Shown here piece after piece: positions 37,446 through 46,356 of a stretch of 64,000 bases of DNA. A program made the position numbers and the translations under genes. Source of the stretch: Candidatus Parcubacteria bacterium (lineage in GTDB: Bacteria > Patescibacteriota > Patescibacteriia > Patescibacteriales > UBA12075); NCBI GenBank assembly GCA_963814275.1, contig CAWFCE010000002.1, positions 1,067,263-1,131,262 of the forward strand. Reading direction: 5' to 3'. Numbering within the stretch: the stretch's first letter is position 1; every line of letters begins with the position of its first letter. The notes under the pieces were generated by a model. That model searched no databases. It was not told the origin of the DNA and was given only the letters and a program-made list of their open reading frames with translations.

Positions 37446-37650
37446 GAGAAAAATGCGCAAGCGCATCTCGCGGCACGCTGCGAAAATAGTGGTTAGTGCC
37501 GTGAAGGATGGTTAACTTAATTAGCTTTTGGCGCATTTTGATGCGAGCCACGTGGAAGCGAAGCTTCTAAATGTGGCCTAATAAATGCCGTGCTCACTTG
37601 CAATAAATATACAAATATAAAAACACGCCCGTTTGCGTGTTTTTTGTTAT
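37446..37650 (+). ncRNA. candidate structured RNA (~200 nt) ending in an intrinsic terminator; identity unknown
   Basis: Serial hairpins atgcg-caag-cgcat, cggcac...gtgccg, cgcat-tttg-atgcg, and gccac(gaagc-gaa-gcttc)gtggc. Then aaacacgc-ccgttt-gcgtgttttttg at 37621-37648. Confidence 0.2.
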
Positions 37651-38101
37651 AATGGTTAGGATAAATATTCGAATTAATTGATTCCAAAGTTGACAATATT
37701 AAACATGTGAGGGAGATAAAATACTCCTCCTATAATCCATTTTTAAATTCAAGTATGATAAAAAAATTCGATATAGAATAATTGGGAACGCATAACTGCA
37801 AAAAGCAAGGAGTACGATGGTTTAGATTTGGAGAAGTTGTTTCCGACGACTGACAAAATTACTGAGCGATCTATTAAGAAAGCGGAGGAAAGAATTTGTG
37901 GATTTGATAAGGCTGGGAAAAATATAAAGAAAAATTTTATATAGGAATGTTTAAAATATTTAAAAAAGAATTTCCCAAAGCTGTTTCTTTTTACATAAAT
38001 ACATCTCCTTTCTCGTATTTTAATATAGAAAAAAAGTATATTTCAATTTCAATGAGCTGTAATTTGTTATACCGCATATATTACATGAGGCTAACCACTA
38101 T

Positions 38102-38317
38102 ATGTTTAGAAAATATTATCAAGATAAAATAAAAGATGCTCATGATCATGAAGATGTAAAAGAAATTTTTTCCGTTGTGAATAATGATGTTTTAAAACCT
38201 ATGGAAGATCCGTATTGGGCGATGTATGAAGAAAAAAGGTTAAGAGTTTTTAAAAGATGGGCAAAAACACAAGATATAGATAAAGTGATTGAATACATAA
38301 ACAACAACTATAAATAA
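38102..38317 (+). CDS. small hypothetical protein in AT-rich island segment
   Basis: 71-aa ORF with no recognisable motif. Weak call. Confidence 0.25.
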   Translation: MFRKYYQDKIKDAHDHEDVKEIFSVVNNDVLKPMEDPYWAMYEEKRLRVFKRWAKTQDIDKVIEYINNNYK

Positions 38318-38454
38318 AGTCATAAGATTGCCTCGCATTTATTAAATTACTCTTCAAAGAAACAATTTTTTTAATCAGTCTCACTTTATTTCGAATAATT
38401 TTTAAAATTACATAAAAATATTCGGAAGCTGCCAACATATCCCCACACATATTA

Positions 38455-38556
38455 GACTGCCCCGACCGAGGGGCTGTTTTATTATGGTTGTGGGATCAGT
38501 GAAGAGCTAAACCAAAGGAGGGGAATAACGCAAATACAAAAAAATTTAGGTTCCCG
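38455..38556. repeat. fourth, internally deleted copy of the 181-bp unit
   Basis: gactgccccgaccgaggggctgttttattatggttgtgggatcagtgaagagctaa...caaatacaaaa then aggttcccga. The upstream flank aaaatattcggaagctgcca also matches 37233-37252. Confidence 0.75.
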
Positions 38557-38688
38557 AACAATAAAAAATGAACATCTATTGAATGTTCATCTATGGTTTT
38601 TAAACCCTGTAAAATATAAAAAGCCGATTGTTATATTTCCAGAATTGACCTTATTTCGCGACGCTACAACCGAAAGAGATGATTTTGG

Positions 38689-38934
38689 TCAAATTTTTCT
38701 TATTGTGCGGACAATCGCGATCAGGATCACTGCTCCGAGAAGCGCCACGAGGAAGCTGTAGAGATTGAATCCGGACACTCCGCCGTAACCGAAATAGCCC
38801 ATGATCCATCCGCCGATAACCGCGCCGATAATGCCGATAACGATATCAAGCAATAACCCCTCTCTCCTGCCCATAATCAATGACGCAATCCAGCCAACAA
38901 TACCGCCCATAATTATCCAAATTAAAATTCCCAT
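38689..38934 (-). CDS. GlsB/YeaQ/YmgE family (transglycosylase-associated) small membrane protein
   Basis: MGILIWIIMGGIVGWIASLIMG...DIVIGIIGAVIGGWI is typical of the family. Confidence 0.8.
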   Translation of the reverse strand: MGILIWIIMGGIVGWIASLIMGRREGLLLDIVIGIIGAVIGGWIMGYFGYGGVSGFNLYSFLVALLGAVILIAIVRTIRKI

Positions 38935-38975
38935 AAACCTTATATTAATAATATATATAATTATATTATAAGTTT

Positions 38976-40054
38976 GAGACTAGAATTTAACGCAACATAT
39001 TTGGCGCGAAGCGCCAATAATGCTATGTTAGATTCCTATGTCAAATTTTAAAAGATTAAGCGATTTAGAGCGGGAGGAAATCAGTCGTTTACTCTCGCAA
39101 AAATGCTCTTTCCGTCAGATTGCCGGTATCTTGGGCAGGAACATCAGTACCATCAGTCGGGAAATCAACGCTGGTGGCGGCAATAAATATACCTATCGGG
39201 CCGTTAGGGCGCAGAATCGGGCCAGGCGGAATGCCGCTAAAAGGAAATCCGGCAAGCATGAACTGAACGACAATCCGAAGCTGTGGACGTATATCAGAAA
39301 GAAACTGAAAAAGAAATGGTCGCCCCGCCAGATTGCCGAAGAGCTGGAAATAGATTATCCTCTAGATATGACTATGCATATATCGCCCGAAGCGATCTAT
39401 ACCTACATTTACGTGTTACCCAGGGGTTCGCTTAAAAAAGAGCTGACTGCCTGCTTGCGCCGTAACCATAAAAGGCGGTATAAACAAGCCCGGGGCGTCA
39501 AAATGGAGCGGAAAATAGAGGATATGCTCTCAATCGAAGAGCGGCCGAAAGAGGTTGAAGACAGGATCATCCCCGGTCACTGGGAGGGCGATCTGATCAT
39601 TGGCAAGTACAATCGCTCGGCTCTTGGCACCCTGGTGGAGCGCACGACCCGCACGACTATCCTCATCCCGGTCAAAAGCAAAGACGCCGAAGTGGTGGCC
39701 AAAGCCTTCGCCAAGGAAGTGAAAAAACTGCCCCAGCAGATGAAACTGACGCTGACCTACGACCAAGGGCGGGAAATGGCCAAGCACAAGCTGTTTACCG
39801 GCATCACCGGCGTCAAAGTATATTTTGCCCATCCGAGAAGCCCTTGGGAGCGGGGCACCAACGAAAACACCAACGGCCTGATCAGACAATTTTTCCCCAA
39901 AGGAACCGATTTCAACAAAGTATCCAGATATGAAGTGAAAAAAGTGCAGGACTTGCTTAATGGACGCCCCCGGGCGGCATTGGGATTCAGAAAACCCTAT
40001 CAAGTATTCAATGAGCTAATTAATAATAGTGTTGCGTTAAATTCTAGAAACTAG
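38976..40054 (+). mobile_element. IS30-family insertion sequence
   Basis: 18-bp inverted repeats ctagaatttaacgcaaca (38980-38997) and tgttgcgttaaattctag (40030-40047) flank the transposase. taagttt occurs on both outer flanks (38969-38975 and 40055-40061). Exact ends are uncertain by a few nt. Confidence 0.8.
39038..40054 (+). CDS. IS30 family transposase
   Basis: 338 aa. N-terminal HTH LSDLEREEISRLLSQKCSFRQIAGILGRNISTISREI. DDE core HWEGDLI...TYDQGREM...ERGTNENTNGLIRQFFPKGTDF. Confidence 0.9.
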   Translation: MSNFKRLSDLEREEISRLLSQKCSFRQIAGILGRNISTISREINAGGGNKYTYRAVRAQNRARRNAAKRKSGKHELNDNPKLWTYIRKKLKKKWSPRQIAEELEIDYPLDMTMHISPEAIYTYIYVLPRGSLKKELTACLRRNHKRRYKQARGVKMERKIEDMLSIEERPKEVEDRIIPGHWEGDLIIGKYNRSALGTLVERTTRTTILIPVKSKDAEVVAKAFAKEVKKLPQQMKLTLTYDQGREMAKHKLFTGITGVKVYFAHPRSPWERGTNENTNGLIRQFFPKGTDFNKVSRYEVKKVQDLLNGRPRAALGFRKPYQVFNELINNSVALNSRN

Positions 40055-40189
40055 TAAGTTTATTAGGTTTGTATTAATATATAGCCAATTATTTTATATT
40101 GAAAATACGTCATAATATCGTTTACAGTCCGGAGATAAATACACTGGCGCAAGAATAGCATTATTCCGTTTGTCTTTTTGACATAAATA

Positions 40190-41551
40190 TTATAACCCCA
40201 GTTTTTGGACCAGAAAATCTTCCAATACCTTATAATCATGGTACTGGCGGCCGATTTGGATATTCTTTTCCAGGCGGCCATTCGTTTTTTTATCAACCAG
40301 CCAATCCAGCGTTTGGGAAACGGCTTTTTCAATATTCTCCGCCGGCAGCCGGTAAAGGCCGTTCGCGTCATGCTCAAGGTTGTTGCCGCTGCCCAGGGAT
40401 ATAAAATCATAACCTTCTTTTCCGATATCATTCCTGAAAACAGGGTATTCGTAAACTACCATCGGTTTACGGGCAAAAACACCTTCGATGAACTGGTTGC
40501 CCCAGCCTTCCCAAATACTGGGAAAGGTAACCAGGTCAGCATAAGCATAAGCGTCCCAGAGCGAATAGGTCTTTACCCCCTGGCGGTAGCTGCGTCCGGC
40601 CTTGACATGGTCAGACACGAATTTGACATTGATATGTTCATCAAATGCTTTGTTTTTCAATTGGAACAGATATTCGCGCTTCTCGTCCTCGGCATAGCCG
40701 GCCGCCAGCAGGACGACCTTCACCCGGGTATTCATTTGTTTGCCGTTATACAGGATTTTTCCGCAAAGCACGTCAGCCTTTTTCTGCATTTCCCTGGCGA
40801 AATCAAGGGCGATCTCGATCCCTTTGCGCGGGATGATGCGGGTCGCCTGGAGGATGACGAGGTCTTTCGGACCGATCGCGAATTCCTTAAGGAAGTCCCT
40901 GTTGAAATTATCCTTGGTCCAGGCAGGGGCCGCAAAATCGATCACATCTGGCATGATATCCGCCGCGATATCATGGCGCTTCTTCAGTTCGTTACGGGCG
41001 ATCGAGCTCAATACGACATGCTCGATATATTTGGACTTAGGCGGCATGAACTTAGCCATATAATTCTTCAGGTATTCATTCTTGGGGATCTCGAACTCCT
41101 TCCGTTCCCAGTAAAAATCATGATGGGTCGCCAGGCAGGGAATTTTGAATTTTTTGATCCATTTGGCCAACGCTTTGGCTGTGGCGATATGCTGGCCGAA
41201 CGTAAATACGTTATGGGCGAGGACATAATCGAATTTTTCCGCCAGTTGGATGAAATTCAGCTTGGCTTCGATCGCCTGGCCTATCTTGTTCATCTTAGCC
41301 TTGAGCTCCATGGGGCTCAGGTCATCCCGGCGAAAATAAAAAAAGCCATTCTCTTTGATGATCGGAATGGCCCCGTTGTCCCATTCGAGCTCCTGAATCT
41401 GGTGGTCCGCCCCGCGCGAGCGGGGACCGGCGATCAGCTTGACCGTACAGCCGTGGCTCTCCAGAATTTCCTTGCGCTTGGCGACCTCCAGCGATACTCC
41501 GTCCGTGCCCCCCACCCGGTAATGGATAATCGCAATTTTTTTCGGTTTCAT
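40190..41551 (-). CDS. GT-B glycosyltransferase (group-1-like), specificity unknown
   Basis: MKPKKIAIIHYRVGGTDGVSLE (N-terminal GT-B start) and FPSIWEGWGNQFIEG (E-x7-E-like). ATG at 41551. Confidence 0.65.
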   Translation of the reverse strand: MKPKKIAIIHYRVGGTDGVSLEVAKRKEILESHGCTVKLIAGPRSRGADHQIQELEWDNGAIPIIKENGFFYFRRDDLSPMELKAKMNKIGQAIEAKLNFIQLAEKFDYVLAHNVFTFGQHIATAKALAKWIKKFKIPCLATHHDFYWERKEFEIPKNEYLKNYMAKFMPPKSKYIEHVVLSSIARNELKKRHDIAADIMPDVIDFAAPAWTKDNFNRDFLKEFAIGPKDLVILQATRIIPRKGIEIALDFAREMQKKADVLCGKILYNGKQMNTRVKVVLLAAGYAEDEKREYLFQLKNKAFDEHINVKFVSDHVKAGRSYRQGVKTYSLWDAYAYADLVTFPSIWEGWGNQFIEGVFARKPMVVYEYPVFRNDIGKEGYDFISLGSGNNLEHDANGLYRLPAENIEKAVSQTLDWLVDKKTNGRLEKNIQIGRQYHDYKVLEDFLVQKLGL

Positions 41552-41647
41552 TCTTATCATAGCAACAATTATCATTTATATGTCTTATTATACCAATTTA
41601 TCCCTGGTCAAACAACCGATTTGCCCTATTTATTTTTATAATTAATA

Positions 41648-42397
41648 TTACTTTTTTGTATCGCAGAAGACAGCGATCGCGTCGCGCATAAAAACGGCCA
41701 ACCCCGGGCGGAATTTTTCGTAATGGGCGGCAAAGCGCCGGTCATTAACATACATTTTGCCCAGGTTACGGTACATTTCAAGCGGGCAATCGTAGAAAAA
41801 GCACATACCCTTGTAATGCCTGGCGATCAACTCCTGCACGGCCGTGTCAGCAGGCCCCTTGTCCATGCCGGCGGCAATCTCCTGTGTTAATGCCTGAGAA
41901 TCATTTTTCATATTCTCCATTTCCGTCTTTGTCAATTTTTTTACCCTGGCCATGCTTTGTTTGTACGTCTCGCTTTTACCCCAGCGCAGCTTTACTTCAC
42001 TTTGGTATTGCCTGGCGGCTTTGTCCCGGAAAGGATCATACAATTCCCGGTCATCGATTTTGCTTTGTTTAGCCATATACTTGATGGTTTTATTAATTGT
42101 TAATATCATACGATCATATCTTTCCCTTTGTTTGTTTAGCTGGAATTTGTGATCCCGCAAAGCTTGGCGGATGTCGAAATCCGGCCGGTCAAGAATATCC
42201 CTGATATCGTCCAACGGCATATCCAATTCCCGGTAAAACAAAATTTGCTGCAAGCGGAGCAGTTCGGCTTTCTCATAATAACGGTATCCGTTCGGCATTG
42301 TTCCCGACGGTTTCAAGAGGCCGATCTCGTCATAATAGCGCAAAGTGCGCGCGCTGACCCCGGCCAGTTTTGCCAACTCATTAATTAAATATTTCAT
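41648..42397 (-). CDS. MerR family regulator with a TipAS-like C-terminal effector domain
   Basis: MKYLINELAKLAGVSARTLRYYDEIGLLKP...GYRYYEKAELLRLQQILFYRELDMPL. The long C-terminal domain is of TipA/Mta type. Confidence 0.85.
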   Translation of the reverse strand: MKYLINELAKLAGVSARTLRYYDEIGLLKPSGTMPNGYRYYEKAELLRLQQILFYRELDMPLDDIRDILDRPDFDIRQALRDHKFQLNKQRERYDRMILTINKTIKYMAKQSKIDDRELYDPFRDKAARQYQSEVKLRWGKSETYKQSMARVKKLTKTEMENMKNDSQALTQEIAAGMDKGPADTAVQELIARHYKGMCFFYDCPLEMYRNLGKMYVNDRRFAAHYEKFRPGLAVFMRDAIAVFCDTKK

Positions 42398-42512
42398 ACA
42401 GACTAAACATCAGCCTTAAATCCGCGTAGCCATCGGCGGAAAATCGGCGGACTAAAGATTATAATATAAATAAACGGTGGATACAATCAAATAAATATAA
42501 GTATCTACTTTC

Positions 42513-42543
42513 ATAGTAAACTATAACGTAACGTCAATGTCAA
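42513..42543 (-). promoter_or_regulatory. candidate MerR-type promoter with a 19-nt spacer
   Basis: Minus strand reads TTGACA (42543-42538), 19 nt (ttgacgttacgttatagtt, containing acgt-t-acgt), then TACTAT (42518-42513). Confidence 0.3.
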
Positions 42544-42548
42544 ATTGG

Positions 42549-42680
42549 CCAAAGAAAAAGGGGTATCTGTTTGTTTCAGATAACCCCATTTGCCACCAGG
42601 CAACCGTTTTGGCTCGTGCTGCTTATACCTCCTCGGAGGTGCAGTAGCCAGATGCACGAATTGCTGTGTGGAATATATTA
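42549..42680 (-). ncRNA. candidate small RNA with its own terminator (identity unknown)
   Basis: Minus strand has nested stems (tcgtgc/gcacga, ctgc/gcag, acctc/gaggt). These are followed by ggggttatctg-aaacaaa-cagatacccc plus tttttcttt (42587-42549). Confidence 0.2.
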
Positions 42681-42796
42681 ATATATCATATAGTCACAAT
42701 TATGTCAAGGGTTTTATTAAATAATTAATCATAATTTGCCAATATTAGATAAATTAAATAATAATAGTAATATATTATTGATAAGTTTTACAAATC

Positions 42797-42828
42797 AAAA
42801 AGACCTTTAGAAAAAAGGTCTTTTTTAG
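42797..42828 (-). terminator. intrinsic terminator after the small secreted-protein gene
   Basis: aaaagacctt-tagaaaa-aaggtctttt with flanking A and T runs. Confidence 0.55.
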
Positions 42829-42834
42829 GGATTG

Positions 42835-43029
42835 TTAATCAAGACAATCGACAGTTGATGTTCCCGCATAACATTCGTCCCAGGAGTAACTGATACCGAA
42901 GCTTTCTTCGCTGGCCACCAAGGCAACGGTGTCGGCGTCGGTAATATTTTCCTCGCTTCTGACCGCCCGGGGCGAGGCTAACATGGGTCCGATAAGCATG
43001 AAGATAACGGCGATATAAATAATTTTCAT
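42835..43029 (-). CDS. small secreted Cys-containing protein (hypothetical)
   Basis: 64 aa. Signal-like MKIIYIAVIFMLIGPMLASP and two Cys near the C-terminus. Confidence 0.4.
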   Translation of the reverse strand: MKIIYIAVIFMLIGPMLASPRAVRSEENITDADTVALVASEESFGISYSWDECYAGTSTVDCLD

Positions 43030-43349
43030 AACCGTTATCGATTTATTATGTTTAAGTTATTATTAGCAAATTGCTTATAGACTGCCGATAACAGAAAACT
43101 AATAGCAGACAAGCAAATATTAAGCTATTATCCGTATTTTGTAAAATACAAATAGCAAGCAGCTAAATATTTTAATTAAAACTGCAAATATGGTAATATT
43201 ATTATGTTCACATAAACATATAAAAACACTTAATCAGGGATAATCGAATATATAATCCGAATCTTCAAATATGAACTATCGGATTATTTATGAAAAATAT
43301 TCGGAGCATTCGTATTATACTTTATTATATTCATAAAGATCCAAATAAA

Positions 43350-46031
43350 ATGAAATTAAAGAAAATTTTCAATCCCAAGACCATCGCCGTGATCGGCGCC
43401 AGCGACCAGAAGGGGAGTGTCGGTTATGCCCTAATGGACAATCTGATCAATTCCAAATACGACGGTATCGTTTATCCGGTCAATATCAAAAGGGAAAGTG
43501 TCCATAGTATCCGCGCGTACAAATCGATCACCGAGATCCCGGACCAGGTCGACCTGGCGATCATCGCGACTCCGGCGCAGACAGTACCGGGGGTGGTCGA
43601 AGACTGCGGCAAAGCGGGTATTGCCGGCGCCGTGATAATCTCCGCCGGTTTCCAGGAGATCGGCAAGACCGGCGAGAAGATGATGGCGCAAATCGTGGCT
43701 TCGGCCCAAAAATATGATATGCGCATCATCGGTCCCAATTGCCTGGGCTTCATGCGTCCCGACCTCCACCTGAACGCGACCTTCGCCAGCCAGATGGCCC
43801 TCAAAGGCAAACTGGCCTTCATCTCCCAGTCCGGTGCCATGGGTACCGCCATTCTCGACTGGTCGATCAAAAATAACGTCGGCTTCCGCTATTTCGTGAC
43901 TATCGGTTCGATGGCCGACGTCAGCTTCCATGACCTGATCGACCATTTCGGCCAGGACCCCGAAGTTACCAGTATATTGCTCTATATGGAATCGATCAAA
44001 GATGCCCGCCGTTTCATGAGCGCCGCCCGGGCCTTTTCCCGCCAGAAACCGATCATCGTGCTCAAGGCCGGGCGGACCAGTGAAGGCGCCAGTGCCGCCA
44101 AATCGCATACCGGTTCGCTGGCCGGTAACGACGCCATCTTCGATGCCGCCTTCGAACGGGCCGGCATCATCCGCGTCGATACGCCGGTCGGCCTTTTCCA
44201 TACCGCCAAATCGCTGGCCATGCAGCCTTATCCCAAAGGAGACAGGATGGCGGTCATTACCAATGCCGGCGGCCCCGGTATCATCGCCACCGATGCCCTG
44301 GTATTCTCCGGCGGCCGTCTGGCAAAGCTCGCGGACAGCACCATCAAAAAGCTGGATAAATTCCTGCCCGCCGCCTGGAGCCGCGGCAACCCGGTCGACA
44401 TCTTAGGCGATGCCGATCCGGAAAGATACCGGCAAAGCCTGGAGTTGGTGCTGGCTGACGCCAATGTCGATTCGGCCCTGGTAATCTTAACCCCCCAGGC
44501 TATGACCGACCCGTCCGCCGTCGCCCGGGACCTGATCAAATTGTCCCACAAAAGCGACAAGACCATCCTTGCCACCTGGATGGGAGGCTATACCGTCGCC
44601 CCCGGCCGGGAAATACTGGAAAAGGGCAATATTCCCGTATACCGCCAGCCGGAAGACGCGATCCATTGTTTCATGAATATCGTCCGCTATTCCCATAATC
44701 TGGAGACCCTCTACGAAACTCCGGCCACCACGCCCCACGCCTTCGAGCCCAAAACCGAAGATAACCGCAAACTATTGAATGGCATCATTGGACAGAAACG
44801 CGACTCTCTCACGGAAGCGGAAGCCAAAACTCTTTTATCCAACTACGATATCCCAATAGTCGCCAATGGCACAGCCCATAGCCCGAAAGAAGCCGGGGTG
44901 ATCGCGGAGAAACTGGGGTTCCCGGTAGTGATGAAGATCCTCTCGCCCGACATCATCCACAAAACGGATGTCGGTGGCGTGGTATTGGGGATCGATTCGC
45001 CGCAAGCGGCTGAAAAAGCTTATACCAAAATAATCGCTTCAGCCCGCAAACATGAACCGGATGCGGACATACACGGTGTTTTTATCGAACCGATGGTGAG
45101 CAAGCGTTATGAACTGTTGATCGGCTGCAAAAAGGACCCGATCTTCGGACCAGCGATCGTGTTCGGCATGGGCGGAGTGGCCGTGGAAGTCTTCAAAGAC
45201 ACGAAGATCGGCCTGCCGCCGCTCAACATGGCTTTGTCGCTCAAAATGATCAAGGATACCAAGATCTATAAATTATTGAAAGGTTTTCGCGGCATGCCCG
45301 GTGTGGACATCGCTTCGATCCAGTTCCTTTTGTACAAGTTCGCTTATCTGGTCGCGGATTTCCCGGAGATCAAAGAGATCGACATCAACCCTTTCGCGGT
45401 TGATGAATTCGGCGGGATTGTGCTGGATGCCAAAGTCTTGCTGGATAGCTCCACCTTCGGCAAAAAAATAAAACCGTATTCGCACCTGGTGATCTCGCCG
45501 TATCCCAAAGAGTATGTCAGTGAATTTACCATGAAAAACCGGAAAAAGGTCACTATCCGTCCGATCCGTCCGGAAGACGAGCCGCTGGAAGCGGACATGT
45601 TCACCACGTTTTCCAAAACCACCCAGCGCCACCGCTTTTTCCAGGAAATAAAAGAAATTACGCACGAACTGCTCCAACGCTATACCCAGATCGATTATGA
45701 CCGCGAGATCGCCCTGATTGCCGAATTGAAGGACAAAAAAGGCAAGAAAATGATCGGCGTTGTCCGCCTGATCGGGGATTTCCTGAATGAAACCGCGGAA
45801 TTCGCCATAGTCGTCGGCGATCCCTGGCAAAACAGCGGACTGGGCAACCGCTTTACCGACCTGATATTGGGCGTCGCCAAAAATCGCGGCTACAGCAAGG
45901 TATCCGCCAAGTATTATCGCGACAATGCGGCTATGGACCATATTTTCCGGAAACGAGGCTTTACCGTCACTCCCTTGGATAAAAAGACGATGTTTGCCCA
46001 ATTGGAATTGCAAAAATGGAAAGTTTCGTAA
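43350..46031 (+). CDS. Pat/YfiQ-like protein lysine acetyltransferase (ADP-forming acyl-CoA synthetase-like domains fused to a C-terminal GNAT)
   Basis: MKLKKIFNPKTIAVIGASDQKGSVG (CoA-binding start), ATP-grasp region, and C-terminal GNAT (VVGDPWQNSGLGNRFTDLIL). ATG 43350 preferred. Confidence 0.8.
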   Translation: MKLKKIFNPKTIAVIGASDQKGSVGYALMDNLINSKYDGIVYPVNIKRESVHSIRAYKSITEIPDQVDLAIIATPAQTVPGVVEDCGKAGIAGAVIISAGFQEIGKTGEKMMAQIVASAQKYDMRIIGPNCLGFMRPDLHLNATFASQMALKGKLAFISQSGAMGTAILDWSIKNNVGFRYFVTIGSMADVSFHDLIDHFGQDPEVTSILLYMESIKDARRFMSAARAFSRQKPIIVLKAGRTSEGASAAKSHTGSLAGNDAIFDAAFERAGIIRVDTPVGLFHTAKSLAMQPYPKGDRMAVITNAGGPGIIATDALVFSGGRLAKLADSTIKKLDKFLPAAWSRGNPVDILGDADPERYRQSLELVLADANVDSALVILTPQAMTDPSAVARDLIKLSHKSDKTILATWMGGYTVAPGREILEKGNIPVYRQPEDAIHCFMNIVRYSHNLETLYETPATTPHAFEPKTEDNRKLLNGIIGQKRDSLTEAEAKTLLSNYDIPIVANGTAHSPKEAGVIAEKLGFPVVMKILSPDIIHKTDVGGVVLGIDSPQAAEKAYTKIIASARKHEPDADIHGVFIEPMVSKRYELLIGCKKDPIFGPAIVFGMGGVAVEVFKDTKIGLPPLNMALSLKMIKDTKIYKLLKGFRGMPGVDIASIQFLLYKFAYLVADFPEIKEIDINPFAVDEFGGIVLDAKVLLDSSTFGKKIKPYSHLVISPYPKEYVSEFTMKNRKKVTIRPIRPEDEPLEADMFTTFSKTTQRHRFFQEIKEITHELLQRYTQIDYDREIALIAELKDKKGKKMIGVVRLIGDFLNETAEFAIVVGDPWQNSGLGNRFTDLILGVAKNRGYSKVSAKYYRDNAAMDHIFRKRGFTVTPLDKKTMFAQLELQKWKVS

Positions 46032-46356
46032 TATTCTGCCATATTTATGACAGTGATAATATTAGTTTTGCATATTTTTATAATACTCTGGAAAAAGTAA
46101 TAAGTAATAAGTTTTAAGACATCAGCATTAAGCCCCACAGTCCATTAATGATTATTGTTACTTATGTCTTATCACTAATTTCCCTGATAAAATATTTTAA
46201 CTGCCCGATAAGCCAGCCCCCAGGTATTAGTACCGGCTTTGTTTAATATATCCAGTAAAAGTGCTATAATGTTAATAAGAAATTTGCCTAGGACTTTTAT
46301 AATAATTAATTTAAATTCATTCTATCTGGCAGGGATAGGAGTTTTTTAATTTTATT

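Noticed and set aside
40205-41641. 478-aa plus-strand ORF opposite the glycosyltransferase gene. Similar long antisense ORFs occur at 46894-47997, 48441-49829, 43431-44201, 45273-46013, 11913-12692, 11417-12034, 3800-4459 and 62574-63542.
   Set aside because: Each is a mirror ORF of a gene with clear family motifs on the other strand. Their translations are low-complexity (rich in R/G/D/F/L) and carry no motifs.
42549-42680. Signal recognition particle (4.5S) RNA
   Set aside because: Some resemblance was seen (GCAG..GCCAGAUG). However, the conserved GNRA-capped helix 8 with the symmetric-loop AGCA/GGAA signature could not be drawn on either strand, and the ends do not pair.
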